Position numbers and translations under genes: made by a program. A stretch of 59,460 nucleotides of DNA, taken from positions 1 through 59,460 of IMG/VR virus record IMGVR_UViG_3300043431_000434. One strand, 5' to 3'. Source of the stretch: a virus. Lineage: Duplodnaviria; Caudoviricetes. Shown piece after piece: positions 34,440 through 44,073 of this stretch; the stretch's first letter is position 1; each line of letters opens with the position of its first letter. Under the pieces are notes generated by a model. The model was not told the DNA's origin, did not search any database, and saw only the letters and a program-made list of their open reading frames with translations.

Positions 34440-37400
34440 GTAATAAACCGTTCATATTTAGCAATTTCATCCCGGATGTTATTCAACAAATCACCGGCTT
34501 TGACGTATTTGCCATTAAACTCAATAGTTTGCGACGCTAGAATGGATTCACTAATGGTGTCATCACCCGCCTGTGGAACATCATTTCCCGTTGTATTCGG
34601 CTCGGCATTGAGGTCAGCAATATCGGTCTGGCCTGCGATTTCCGGTTGCTGAAATAACTCGCCACCGCTTGTGCCCCGGTGGGTATCGGCTACACTATCG
34701 GTTTTAGCTTGTTTTTTGGCAACCAGGTCAGCAATTTTTTGTTTACCGGTTAAGACTTGTTGCTCATCGGGACTGGCAAATAAATCAAGATTACCGGCTG
34801 AGGCTGGCTTGTTGGGTTTAACCGGGCCAGATTCGGTGGGCGTTAAGAAGCTTTCGGCTTCTCCTCGGTTTTCGCGGCCCGCCGTTTCTTGATCGCGGCC
34901 AGAATCCGGGCTTTTTGCTCCGGCGTTAACATGTGTTTCAACTGTGCTTTGCGTTCTGGTGTCATCAAATCCCCCTTTGTTGGTGTCAAAACCAGGAATG
35001 CTATCAAGATAATCATCAAAATCATCAGGCAAATCCGCTTCATTCTGAATCGCTTCGCGCTCTAAAGCTGATTCTAAATCCATTTCAATTTCGCGGGCTA
35101 TTTCCGCCTCAAACGGGCTTAACCCTTCGGCTTGATAGGCTGCTTCGGCGCGGTCTTCCTCATCCTGCACCATCTCAGATAAGCCTTGCAAAATAAGCTG
35201 CTGCTTAGTGCTTAAAATGTCTCCGGCTTCATACGCTTGAAAGGCGGCTTTTATTTCAGTGGTGCTCGGTTTACCAGCATACGGGGTACCATCTTCCTTG
35301 TACAACTGAAAATTTTGAAACCAGTCTGGGTTTAAGGAGGTTGTGCGTCCAGTAATCGTGCCGTGCTGATCAGTCAAATAAGTAACACCACCGCCTTTTT
35401 GCAAATCGTTGACCATCCGGTATAAACCGGGATGATAGGTATTGGGTGGCACAACTGACGGTTTGAGGGGACTGTTTGTCTCACTTAATCCGTCTTTCGT
35501 TCCTGCTTCTTCTTGCGTCGTTTCATCTTTTGGCGGCTGGCTTTGCTCATAACTCCCCTCAAATGGCGTGGCATAATCATCAATGGTTTCGATGCCTTGG
35601 GCATCCCGGTATAGGTTGCCTTCAATCTGCCATAACGGTTGGCCATCACTGGCTTCATGGGTGGGTGGTGGATTAGCGGGGGTTTCTGGTGATTTAGCCA
35701 CCAACCGATACGATTTGTCGGCGACTTTTTCAACCGTATGGGTTTCGCCCAAACCATAATCCTTTAGGGCTTTTTTAGCTTGGATGCTGTTCGGGTAATT
35801 TGCGGCTACTGCCGTGCTATCCAGTGTTTGTTGATCCGTTTCAGCTTGAGTGGCAGGCTGCACTGTTGGAAGTGGCTGCGCTGGATCGGTATCGGCTCGA
35901 ACGATCCCAGCCGCCGGACTAGCCACGGACTCTGGATTAAGGTCATTCCCACTCGCGTCTTGAATAATTTCATCGGGGTTTCCTGGAATGGATTGTGGTT
36001 CTGGCTGGCTTGTGTCCTGGGCTGACTTAAGCAAACCGGTATTCGTTTGGCCCTCTGCGTTAAAATCAGGGGTAATATAAGGCGCGGCAGTCTGTTCTAT
36101 CGACTGTTCGGCACGCACTTTATTCGTCCAAAGGCTGGCAAATTCGCCTGCGGTCATGTTGGGTTTGCCGCCATTGAGTCTGACCGCTTCACGGCCTACG
36201 ATGGTCGAGGCTAAGGCATTCGGGTTCGCTAATAATCGGGCGGCACCCGCACCGCCTTGTTGGTGGGCTAAATACAATTCACCATCGGTCGGCACCCGCC
36301 CCAAAGCCCGAAACAGGGTAGCGGCATTGTCCTTCATCATCCGGGCGGCAGCATCGGCGGATTGTGCCGCATCGTATTTGTTGGCTAATTTATAGTTTTG
36401 GGCTGAACTATCCAGGAATTGGTATAACCCACCCGCTGTGGAATTAGGGTTTTTGGCATCAGGATTAAATTTGCCACCGGTTTCAATCCGTGCGGTTTCC
36501 AGCATGGCGTTTAAAGAGACACCATGTTTTCTGGCTTTTTCGGCAATCAGGTTATAAATGGGTTCAGGTGCGCCACTACGGGTTTGTTTGACGACACCTA
36601 ATGCGGCATTTCTGGCCTGTTCACCGGCTTTTGTTGCCACCTTATCCGCTTTGACTGGATCGTATTTATTAGGGTTAGCCGCTAAGGCCAAGGCGGCTTG
36701 TCTGGCCTGTTCACCGGCTTGGGTTGCGGCCAGTTCTGGGTTTTGCCGCGCCAACATACCACGCCGCTTAACCAGCTTCAGCATGGTTTCTCTGGCTTGT
36801 TCACCGGCTTGATTGGCAATGATTTCAGCCTGCGGGTCGTTTGGAGTTTCCTCAAACATCGCCATGACTTTCGCCCTGGCATCGGCACCCGCCTGATCCG
36901 CCAGCCGGTAAGCTTCCTGGTCGGCAGGGGATTCGTTCACCAACTCAAGGGCTTTGGCTCTGGCATCCTCGCCCGCTTGCTCAGCGACCGCTTGAGATGG
37001 CGCATTGACCGCGGCATTGGCGGCGACGATGGCCTCATCAACCGAACCCGCATTGGTGACATCACTCACATCCAGTTTGGCTGCACGGCGAATGGGTTGA
37101 TTATTGGCAATGTCGTTTTTTGCACCGATCAGCCATTCATCCGCATCTTTAGCACCATTAGCCTTGGCTTGGGCGTGTAACTGGGTAACCAGTGCGGCCC
37201 GTTGGTCGCTTAAAGCCGGATCGGTCGAATCAAGCAGGTCATTAGCGTGTTGGGCGTGTTGCGCATTGCGGTAATGGTTATGCAAACCTGGCAAGCCTAA
37301 TAAGGTCGTCATGCCAAACGTAGCCAAGGCGGTATCTTTGGCAATTTCCCCGTAACTTAAGCCGCTACCAACCCCGTAATCCCGTAAAACCGCTTCCTCG

Positions 37401-38155
37401 CCGATGCTTTGGGCTTCTTCAGTGGCGGTTTCCCCGGCTAACGCCTTGCCGTAAGACTTGGCAAAGGGCTTTAAGACGGTGGTGTCTACGGCGCCTTTTA
37501 TGACCCCTTCCACCGTATCACCCAGCACCTTTTTGCCCATGCCGAGCATTCCCAGGCTGAGTGCATTACCGGCAAACTCGCCAACACTATTAATCGCCCC
37601 GGTTTTAAGGCCCGCCAAATGCGCTTCTTCTTCGGTGCCGCCTTTAGCCAGCACCGCATCACGGGTTTCTTTGTAAGAGGATGGGCCAAATAAACCAACG
37701 GTCGCGGCAGGGCCTGCCACCATACCCACACCGGGAATGGCATAAGGCAGCATCGTGGCGGCAGACGGCGGCAACGCCCTTGCGCCCCTTTGCATCGCTT
37801 GTGCCAATAATCCCCGGCCTTCCGGGTCGTATTCGTAGTTTTTTAAGCGTTCTTTGGCACCCGCTTCCTGTTCTGCGCCCCAATCGTGTAAGCCTGAGTC
37901 TTCCGGGCTTAAAACTTGGGTGGCTGCCCCGGCCATTTTGTTAAAGTCTTCAACACCCCCAGCAAACTGATGGCCAAACTCTTTAAGATCGCTGGATAAG
38001 GGTTTGTCGGGGAATTGATAGCCTAATGCTTCTGCCAGTTGGGGACGAGGAATACGGCTATATTGGTTTTTGTGTAGATACTCAAATACTGCATCATCCG
38101 ATTCATCACGGAATAATGGGTATTTTTCCTTAAGCTGCTGGATAGTAAGTGCCAT
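34421..38155 (-). CDS. 1244-aa internal virion (ejection) protein with lytic transglycosylase (SLT) domain
   Basis: ARIETGGKFNPDAKNPNSTAGGLYQF...LYLAHQQG motif at about 36120-36560; hydrophobic N-terminal region. Confidence 0.82.
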   Translation of the reverse strand: MALTIQQLKEKYPLFRDESDDAVFEYLHKNQYSRIPRPQLAEALGYQFPDKPLSSDLKEFGHQFAGGVEDFNKMAGAATQVLSPEDSGLHDWGAEQEAGAKERLKNYEYDPEGRGLLAQAMQRGARALPPSAATMLPYAIPGVGMVAGPAATVGLFGPSSYKETRDAVLAKGGTEEEAHLAGLKTGAINSVGEFAGNALSLGMLGMGKKVLGDTVEGVIKGAVDTTVLKPFAKSYGKALAGETATEEAQSIGEEAVLRDYGVGSGLSYGEIAKDTALATFGMTTLLGLPGLHNHYRNAQHAQHANDLLDSTDPALSDQRAALVTQLHAQAKANGAKDADEWLIGAKNDIANNQPIRRAAKLDVSDVTNAGSVDEAIVAANAAVNAPSQAVAEQAGEDARAKALELVNESPADQEAYRLADQAGADARAKVMAMFEETPNDPQAEIIANQAGEQARETMLKLVKRRGMLARQNPELAATQAGEQARQAALALAANPNKYDPVKADKVATKAGEQARNAALGVVKQTRSGAPEPIYNLIAEKARKHGVSLNAMLETARIETGGKFNPDAKNPNSTAGGLYQFLDSSAQNYKLANKYDAAQSADAAARMMKDNAATLFRALGRVPTDGELYLAHQQGGAGAARLLANPNALASTIVGREAVRLNGGKPNMTAGEFASLWTNKVRAEQSIEQTAAPYITPDFNAEGQTNTGLLKSAQDTSQPEPQSIPGNPDEIIQDASGNDLNPESVASPAAGIVRADTDPAQPLPTVQPATQAETDQQTLDSTAVAANYPNSIQAKKALKDYGLGETHTVEKVADKSYRLVAKSPETPANPPPTHEASDGQPLWQIEGNLYRDAQGIETIDDYATPFEGSYEQSQPPKDETTQEEAGTKDGLSETNSPLKPSVVPPNTYHPGLYRMVNDLQKGGGVTYLTDQHGTITGRTTSLNPDWFQNFQLYKEDGTPYAGKPSTTEIKAAFQAYEAGDILSTKQQLILQGLSEMVQDEEDRAEAAYQAEGLSPFEAEIAREIEMDLESALEREAIQNEADLPDDFDDYLDSIPGFDTNKGGFDDTRTQSTVETHVNAGAKSPDSGRDQETAGRENRGEAESFLTPTESGPVKPNKPASAGNLDLFASPDEQQVLTGKQKIADLVAKKQAKTDSVADTHRGTSGGELFQQPEIAGQTDIADLNAEPNTTGNDVPQAGDDTISESILASQTIEFNGKYVKAGDLLNNIRDEIAKYERFITCVRAA

Positions 38156-38156
38156 A

Positions 38157-39254
38157 CTAAACTGCCTTAAATCGCTGAATAGCTTTTAATAACTCACGTT
38201 GTTGCTCGTCTTTATCACGAATACTCAAAATTCTGGCTTGTTCTTCAGGCGGCAACTGGCTAAATAAGCGTTGAACCTCTTTATCTGGCCCAATAGGTTG
38301 TGACTCTGGGGGTTTCATAGCAGATACCGCTTGGCTTAACAAACCTTTACCTTTGTCCACTAGCTGGTTTGTTTGGTTATTTAAACTAGCACGTTGACGC
38401 TCACTTATTTTTTGATTAGTTTGATTACTCCATTCTCTAACTGCGTTTTGCCATTCCTGACTGCCTTGCGGTAACGCATCCACCTCTTTTTTAGTCCAGA
38501 TATGGACAGGTTTTTCCGGTGGTTTTGGTTGGCTGACTGGGGTGTTTTCTGAACTGGTTTTATCAGATTTTGGATTTAAGCCAGCCACATCATCAGGCAG
38601 CACCATTGTTGGCGTAGTTTCGCCATAGATACCTTGGATTTGCCGATCTATAGTGTCCAGTTTTGCTTTAAGCTCAATACGGGTTGTGTCTTTTGGATCA
38701 CCATTGACTGATAATTCATCCAGTGCGGTTTGTAGCTGTTCACGTTGCTTTGAAAAGACTTCAAACTTTGCCTTATTTTGTTCAGCCAAAGCTTTATCGC
38801 CTGTGCTTTTAGCCTCTGCCAAGTCTTTTTGAATTTGCGCCTTTATTTTGTCATGTTCAAGTTTGGTTTTTACCGGATCAATCCGGCTATCCCTATAAGC
38901 GTCTTTAATCTTTGCCGCCCTAACTTCAGCGGTAGCCGTCGCATCCACATTAGCCGGATCACTTGCCGCCTTCAAATCAATGTCCTTTTTGCCCTGGTAT
39001 AAATCCAGGGCGGCAGAATTTTCCTGGCCTTTGGCGATCAAGCCCCGTGCATCGTTACGCGCTGCATTGCGGTCGGCTAAGTCCGAGGTTAAAACAGAAT
39101 GTTGGTTGCTGAGGTTAGCTTGTTCCCTGATTTCCTGGATGCGCTGCTCTTTTAAGGCATTGGCCTCATCTATCTTATGTTGATTAGCAATCGCTTTATC
39201 TGCGCCTTCGCCAATCCCGGCCATTGCCGCCCCTAATAACCCCCAACCGCTCAT
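38157..39254 (-). CDS. Putative ejection/internal virion protein
   Basis: Gly/Ala amphipathic N-terminus and helical body; gene position. Confidence 0.55.
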   Translation of the reverse strand: MSGWGLLGAAMAGIGEGADKAIANQHKIDEANALKEQRIQEIREQANLSNQHSVLTSDLADRNAARNDARGLIAKGQENSAALDLYQGKKDIDLKAASDPANVDATATAEVRAAKIKDAYRDSRIDPVKTKLEHDKIKAQIQKDLAEAKSTGDKALAEQNKAKFEVFSKQREQLQTALDELSVNGDPKDTTRIELKAKLDTIDRQIQGIYGETTPTMVLPDDVAGLNPKSDKTSSENTPVSQPKPPEKPVHIWTKKEVDALPQGSQEWQNAVREWSNQTNQKISERQRASLNNQTNQLVDKGKGLLSQAVSAMKPPESQPIGPDKEVQRLFSQLPPEEQARILSIRDKDEQQRELLKAIQRFKAV

Positions 39255-39787
39255 GCTACACCTCCCGCTTGTGCTAACATGCCTTGGGGTTTGGTTTGTC
39301 CAGGCGGTGTTTGGCTAGGTTCTCCGCCTTGTTGTCCGGCCAAATGCTGTTGAATTTCGCCTTTACCTTTCATAATGGCTTGTTGCAGTTGTTCAGGTTG
39401 CACCCCCAGCTTTTTAAACATCTTTTCCATAAAGAGCTTGGTGGTCTGGGCGACCAGTTCATTAGTGATTTCAATGCCTAAACCCCGCTCGGAAAAGTCC
39501 AATACTTCGCAAATCAGGATAATGCAGGCGCAAATTAAGCCGCCTGGCGGTAGGGTGCGGTCGGAATGTTCATACATCACCCAACCCAAACCCACAATGC
39601 CGGTTGAAATCGTTTCCGCTGGGTTTTCGCGTGACTTGGGGTTTTTGATCAGCTCCATGTTCTGATGCGATTGCGGATCAAACAAAATATGCTTACCGGC
39701 TTCGACCGAATGCTCAAAGGCCTTCCGGTCATCCGGTAACACATTTTTACTGATATTGTCTTCAATCTGTTGCAAAATCGGATTCAT
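39251..39787 (-). CDS. Hypothetical virion-module protein
   Basis: Coupled ORF with a Gln-rich C-terminus. Confidence 0.55.
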   Translation of the reverse strand: MNPILQQIEDNISKNVLPDDRKAFEHSVEAGKHILFDPQSHQNMELIKNPKSRENPAETISTGIVGLGWVMYEHSDRTLPPGGLICACIILICEVLDFSERGLGIEITNELVAQTTKLFMEKMFKKLGVQPEQLQQAIMKGKGEIQQHLAGQQGGEPSQTPPGQTKPQGMLAQAGGVA

Positions 39788-39798
39788 TGATAAGCCCC

Positions 39799-40836
39799 TT
39801 AATTACCCGACAACAACTTAGCTTGTTGCTTGGCGTTTAGCGTTTGCTGCCTTTGGTACGCGGCCACTTCAGCGGCAGTCGGCTCCCGGCTTTGCGCCCC
39901 GCCAAAGGTCGAACCGGTACTAACGTTGTTCATTTTGTCGGCGTATTGCTGTTTTTCAAAATTCAACCGGGCTTGGTCAATCTGGGCAGAATTCTTGCCA
40001 GACAAATAATTGCCAACCCCCTGCAAGCCACCAGCGATGACTTCCGGCTTTTTTAGGAAATCAAAAAAACTGGGGGATTGTGGTGCGGTTGCACCTGCCC
40101 CGACATTAGCCCCGACATTGGCCCCTGGGGTTGCTGTGGCGGCGGCTGCACCAACACCAGCACCTACCGTATCGCCCACCATTGGCGCGGCAGTTTGTAA
40201 GGCGGTTGGCGCGGCTGACGACAGGGCACCAGCGGCATGTTGCGTGGCTTGCATCGCCCCATTGCCCAATAGGTTAGTCATGCCTTGTCCACTTGCACTC
40301 ACTGCCCCATGTATTAACGGGCTTGAGGCTGTTTGTGCAGCTTGCTGAGCGGCAATTTGTCCGGCTTGTGGCCCTGTGGCTAATAAACCATTAATCGCCG
40401 CACTGCCAGATTGCCCCACTGCGGCTGCGCCACCACCTGCTGCGGCGGTAGCATCTGCCGCTACCCCGGCTGCGGCTGCGGCTGATCCGGTAGTGGCGGC
40501 GGTAACGGCTGGGGCCAATACACTGACACCCAATGCGCCTACCCCACCGGCCATACCCACCATACCGCCGATGCTCATCAGCTCTTTATCGCCGGTTACT
40601 GCGCCCACCACTGTCATCGCCAAACCCGACACGGTAGCAATAGTCGATAAGGCTGAAACGGTAGCAACTGCCGCCGTACCAATCGCGGCGGCGGTGCCTG
40701 CTGCGGCTGCGGCACCAATCGCCGCACCTGCGGTAGCGAGTGCTGAGCCAATAAAAAACGGCATACAACGCCGCTTATCAAGCGGATTACCGGGATTTGA
40801 ATAGTCAAGCCAAGGTTCGGATTTTATGCTGTACAT
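39799..40836 (-). CDS. Ala/Gly-rich membrane-active ejection (pilot-like) protein
   Basis: Long hydrophobic Ala/Gly N-terminal segments. Confidence 0.55.
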   Translation of the reverse strand: MYSIKSEPWLDYSNPGNPLDKRRCMPFFIGSALATAGAAIGAAAAAGTAAAIGTAAVATVSALSTIATVSGLAMTVVGAVTGDKELMSIGGMVGMAGGVGALGVSVLAPAVTAATTGSAAAAAGVAADATAAAGGGAAAVGQSGSAAINGLLATGPQAGQIAAQQAAQTASSPLIHGAVSASGQGMTNLLGNGAMQATQHAAGALSSAAPTALQTAAPMVGDTVGAGVGAAAATATPGANVGANVGAGATAPQSPSFFDFLKKPEVIAGGLQGVGNYLSGKNSAQIDQARLNFEKQQYADKMNNVSTGSTFGGAQSREPTAAEVAAYQRQQTLNAKQQAKLLSGN

Positions 40837-41405
40837 GATTGATCCTTGTGTCGGATAGAAAGGATTAAACTTAGGCGGTCAAGTTCAGTGGGATTAACTA
40901 CCGAATGGGGAAAACGGTTATCAAATAAAAATAAATCACCCGCCACCCCTTCGTGGCGTTCATCCTCAAAATTAAAAGACTGACCAGGGGCGGATTGCAA
41001 TAGCAACAGGTATTTTGATAAGTAATAATGGCAGTTATGTCCCGAATCTTGATGCCATTTAACCGATTTACCGGCAGGAATGCGGGTAATCAGGCAACCG
41101 CCTAATTCATCACCACTGACCAGGGTAAAAATGTGGTTAATGGTGGCTTTAATGGCTGGCAAGCGGATTACTTCAGGGTACCAAACCGGCTGGTGTTCGC
41201 CATTACAGAATTCCGCCGGATTTAAACTGTCATAATCAAACCAATCCCTAAACCTGAGCCAAATATCCTGGCAATCTTCATGTGGACTGCCCAGCGAGGT
41301 GCGCAACGGGTAGGTGCCCCACAAATTATCATTCAAGCTGAGTTCTTGTAAAATCTCGGCAACTTTGATGCCTTCTAGCACTTTTTGCATCTTAGCCATG
41401 TTCAT
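40824..41405 (-). CDS. Aspartyl/asparaginyl beta-hydroxylase-like 2OG-Fe(II) oxygenase
   Basis: H-x-D (WHQD)...FDN..PHSVVN...DRLSL: facial triad plus 2OG-binding Arg. Confidence 0.85.
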   Translation of the reverse strand: MNMAKMQKVLEGIKVAEILQELSLNDNLWGTYPLRTSLGSPHEDCQDIWLRFRDWFDYDSLNPAEFCNGEHQPVWYPEVIRLPAIKATINHIFTLVSGDELGGCLITRIPAGKSVKWHQDSGHNCHYYLSKYLLLLQSAPGQSFNFEDERHEGVAGDLFLFDNRFPHSVVNPTELDRLSLILSIRHKDQSCTA

Positions 41406-41706
41406 TCGCCATAATCAGGGTGTGGTCGATTTGTTCCGGGTCGGTGCAATCGGTCGCATGTTGGCAATACCAAATAACATCACCATTTACGGCGGTTACC
41501 GAATGGTTCAACCCCGCTTTGATCTCAATGATGGCAGGGCTCCAATAGGTTGATTTAACGCCCCCAACCTCCACAATGGCACAGCCTTGCGCCAAAATGC
41601 TTTGATGGTCAAAATTATGCTGATGGCTAACCTCGGTCGCGCCGTCTTTGATCACTAATTCTTTAGTATAAATGCCGCCGATAAAATGGTGCTTAACAAC
41701 AATCAT
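41392..41706 (-). CDS. Small cupin-fold protein
   Basis: HHF..G.Y.KE...HQHNFDH.SIL..G...AG..H.V.A. Confidence 0.75.
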   Translation of the reverse strand: MIVVKHHFIGGIYTKELVIKDGATEVSHQHNFDHQSILAQGCAIVEVGGVKSTYWSPAIIEIKAGLNHSVTAVNGDVIWYCQHATDCTDPEQIDHTLIMANEHG

Positions 41707-41709
41707 CGC

Positions 41710-42342
41710 TTATCCCGCTTCCTTAACGGCTTTAACATTGAGGTGTTCCGCAATTAACTGGGTAGCCTGGTTTTCTTTAAACACCGCTAACCCTTCAGGG
41801 TAATGCTTATTAAACAAATGCGCCGTGCGTAACTTGAATGCCCGGTATTTGCTCAACCCTAAGAACACGGCAAAAGCCCCTTTCATAACCAACGCACCAA
41901 AGCGGCTACCCGTGGGATGAACCCCCATAAAATGGCTCATGGCCTTCGCCCAGGGGTTGACTAACAACCCTAGTGCCTTGATGAACAGTTTGCTTTGCCA
42001 AGTCTTGTTCCCCATACACCGAACGATATAAGGCGCATAAGCCAAATAACCGACCATAGCCTCCCGTTCATGTTCGATCAACCAGCGGCCATACGCCTGG
42101 TCTGCCCGGTAAGTTTCTTCATCCATATAACCCAGCTCATACCAACGGGTGCAAATGATTTTCCCGCCGCTTTCCTGCGGTGGTGGCGGCACATAATTTC
42201 TGTACGACTCTGACGGTTTAGTCGCTTGGCCCATACCCCAATCGTCAAAAGGTGTTTTTTGCGCGGATTGAGCGGTTTTTATCAACCCTGGCTTGCTTGT
42301 GCTTGCCGGTTTGACGGGTGTTTGCTTCGGTTTATTTGCCAT
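41710..42342 (-). CDS. Hypothetical protein with a KIICT...ADQAYG domain
   Basis: GGKIICTRWYELG......AD..YG......GY..YA..IV motif. Confidence 0.6.
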   Translation of the reverse strand: MANKPKQTPVKPASTSKPGLIKTAQSAQKTPFDDWGMGQATKPSESYRNYVPPPPQESGGKIICTRWYELGYMDEETYRADQAYGRWLIEHEREAMVGYLAYAPYIVRCMGNKTWQSKLFIKALGLLVNPWAKAMSHFMGVHPTGSRFGALVMKGAFAVFLGLSKYRAFKLRTAHLFNKHYPEGLAVFKENQATQLIAEHLNVKAVKEAG

Positions 42343-42359
42343 AGTTAAGCCTTTATCAA

Positions 42360-43151
42360 TTAATTGCCGTTAGTGTTGCTGCGATAACTCCAGCTTGGTT
42401 TTTTGCTGGTTTGCGTCCACGTTTGATTTTTTAACAACGTAGACACGTTCGCAATTTTCCCGACTTGCGCCACGATATTCAGGTTAGATTTATAGGTGTC
42501 GTACATTTGTTTGATTGCCCAATCTTTTGCTTGCTGCGTCATGTAGGGGTCGGCATTAATAGCTTTTAAATCATTGCTAAATTGCCCCGATAATTGGCCG
42601 AATATATTTTTGTCATATCTGACATTTTCTTGGCCTTGCTGGTAAATCACTTTCGCCATATCAGCTTGTTGAGTCCCTAGCCGCTCACTGGTCGTGAATT
42701 GTTGCTGACCGAGCCGCTCACCTTTGGTGAATTGTTGCTGACCAAGCCGTTCTTGCCGACTAAACTGGTTTTGGTTGTTGGCGGTATTGGCTTGGTTCCA
42801 GGTATCGACGTTATAACCGGCGGCTCGTGCAGCGGTAGCCGCATCGGCCTGGGCAATCGGTAATGCCGCGTTATACACTGAGTCTTGGGCGGCTTTAATG
42901 CCAATACTGGAATTCAATAAGCCTCTGGATTGGGCTTGCTGGTCGCCTGCCGTCCTGGCTTGCTGCATCAGTGGCGAATCAGCTTGAACCAGGCCATTGA
43001 CCTGCTGGGCAACGGTTTGATCCGGGGTTATTTGCCAGTTCTTAACCTGGTTTATCATTCCGGTTGGGGCATTAACTGCGGTTTGTGAGTTGAGCTTGGT
43101 TGCCTGGTTGTTGGTGTTATACCAATTTAATAATGCAGGTGAGGTAGCCAT
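42360..43151 (-). CDS. Gln/Asn-rich putative internal virion protein
   Basis: SPLMQQARTAG...RGLLNSSI...AALPIAQADA; 11-aa ERLGQQQF repeats. Confidence 0.6.
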   Translation of the reverse strand: MATSPALLNWYNTNNQATKLNSQTAVNAPTGMINQVKNWQITPDQTVAQQVNGLVQADSPLMQQARTAGDQQAQSRGLLNSSIGIKAAQDSVYNAALPIAQADAATAARAAGYNVDTWNQANTANNQNQFSRQERLGQQQFTKGERLGQQQFTTSERLGTQQADMAKVIYQQGQENVRYDKNIFGQLSGQFSNDLKAINADPYMTQQAKDWAIKQMYDTYKSNLNIVAQVGKIANVSTLLKNQTWTQTSKKPSWSYRSNTNGN

Positions 43152-43155
43152 TGAA

Positions 43156-44073
43156 TCATCCTATTTTGAATAAAAATGCCTGGGTGTCAGGGATGCCACC
43201 ATTCAAGCTGCCACTGGTTCCACCAATAAACTGTGTCTTAAAATTGATGACATCCCCAACTGCTAGTTTCGCAATAACACTTGCCTCAACAGATCCTGTA
43301 GTACTCCCAGACGAAATTACTTTTTGCCCATAGCCAATCATAAGTCCGTTGTTAAAAATATATGAAGTTAAACTAATGTTGCCACTATTGGCAACCAGCC
43401 GCACTTTTGCAAACAGGCTGTACAACCCTGGTGTTTTAATCGTAGCCTCAAAGGTTCCTGTATTAAATAAGCTATAAGGGTCAAAATCTTTTGTCGTGAA
43501 CTCAATAGTCGTCAGCACCCCAGTTGTTATCGTCCCCGAACTAACCCCATTGCGATGCACTAAAAATGCCGGTTGGCCTAATTTATAAGTGTAATTAGTT
43601 TCTTCCCATACGCCGGTTGTAGTATTGACCAAAGTTATCGTGTCACCCACATGGGTAACACGATTATATGCCCCGGACAAAACCAATGAGGCACTATGTA
43701 CCAGCGTTAAACCGGCTGGCAGTTTTAGCGTAACGGTTCGGCCATTGTAGCTATTGGCAAATCCCGTCACGTTAAACCCGGTACCAGTGACTACAAAATA
43801 ACTACCGATGGCCGGAAGGGTTACCGAGCCACTAGCAACCACGGCAATATCGGTGCCTCGTGCTATATCACTCTGGCTAAGATGCAAGACCGGATCGGCG
43901 ACTACGGCATTGCCACCCGCATTAACAATAAGTGATTTACCCGCATTGCCAGATAGCGTGGGCAGTTTGTTAAAACCAGCTTCAACAGCGGCAAATTCGG
44001 CACGTATATCCTGAGATAACCCTGGTGCGCTAGTCGCTGGAATGCCGGTTTTGTTATAAAACGAGTTGGTCAT
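43156..44073 (-). CDS. Tail fibre/spike with C1q-like C-terminal head
   Basis: IRAEFAAVEAGFNKLP N-terminal adaptor; PAFLV...FNTGTF.....PGLY.....L.VGD C1q-like pattern. Confidence 0.65.
   Translation of the reverse strand: MTNSFYNKTGIPATSAPGLSQDIRAEFAAVEAGFNKLPTLSGNAGKSLIVNAGGNAVVADPVLHLSQSDIARGTDIAVVASGSVTLPAIGSYFVVTGTGFNVTGFANSYNGRTVTLKLPAGLTLVHSASLVLSGAYNRVTHVGDTITLVNTTTGVWEETNYTYKLGQPAFLVHRNGVSSGTITTGVLTTIEFTTKDFDPYSLFNTGTFEATIKTPGLYSLFAKVRLVANSGNISLTSYIFNNGLMIGYGQKVISSGSTTGSVEASVIAKLAVGDVINFKTQFIGGTSGSLNGGIPDTQAFLFKIG

Noticed and set aside
43156-44073. Diversity-generating retroelement target in the fibre tip
   Set aside because: No reverse transcriptase and no template-repeat copy were seen in the genome.
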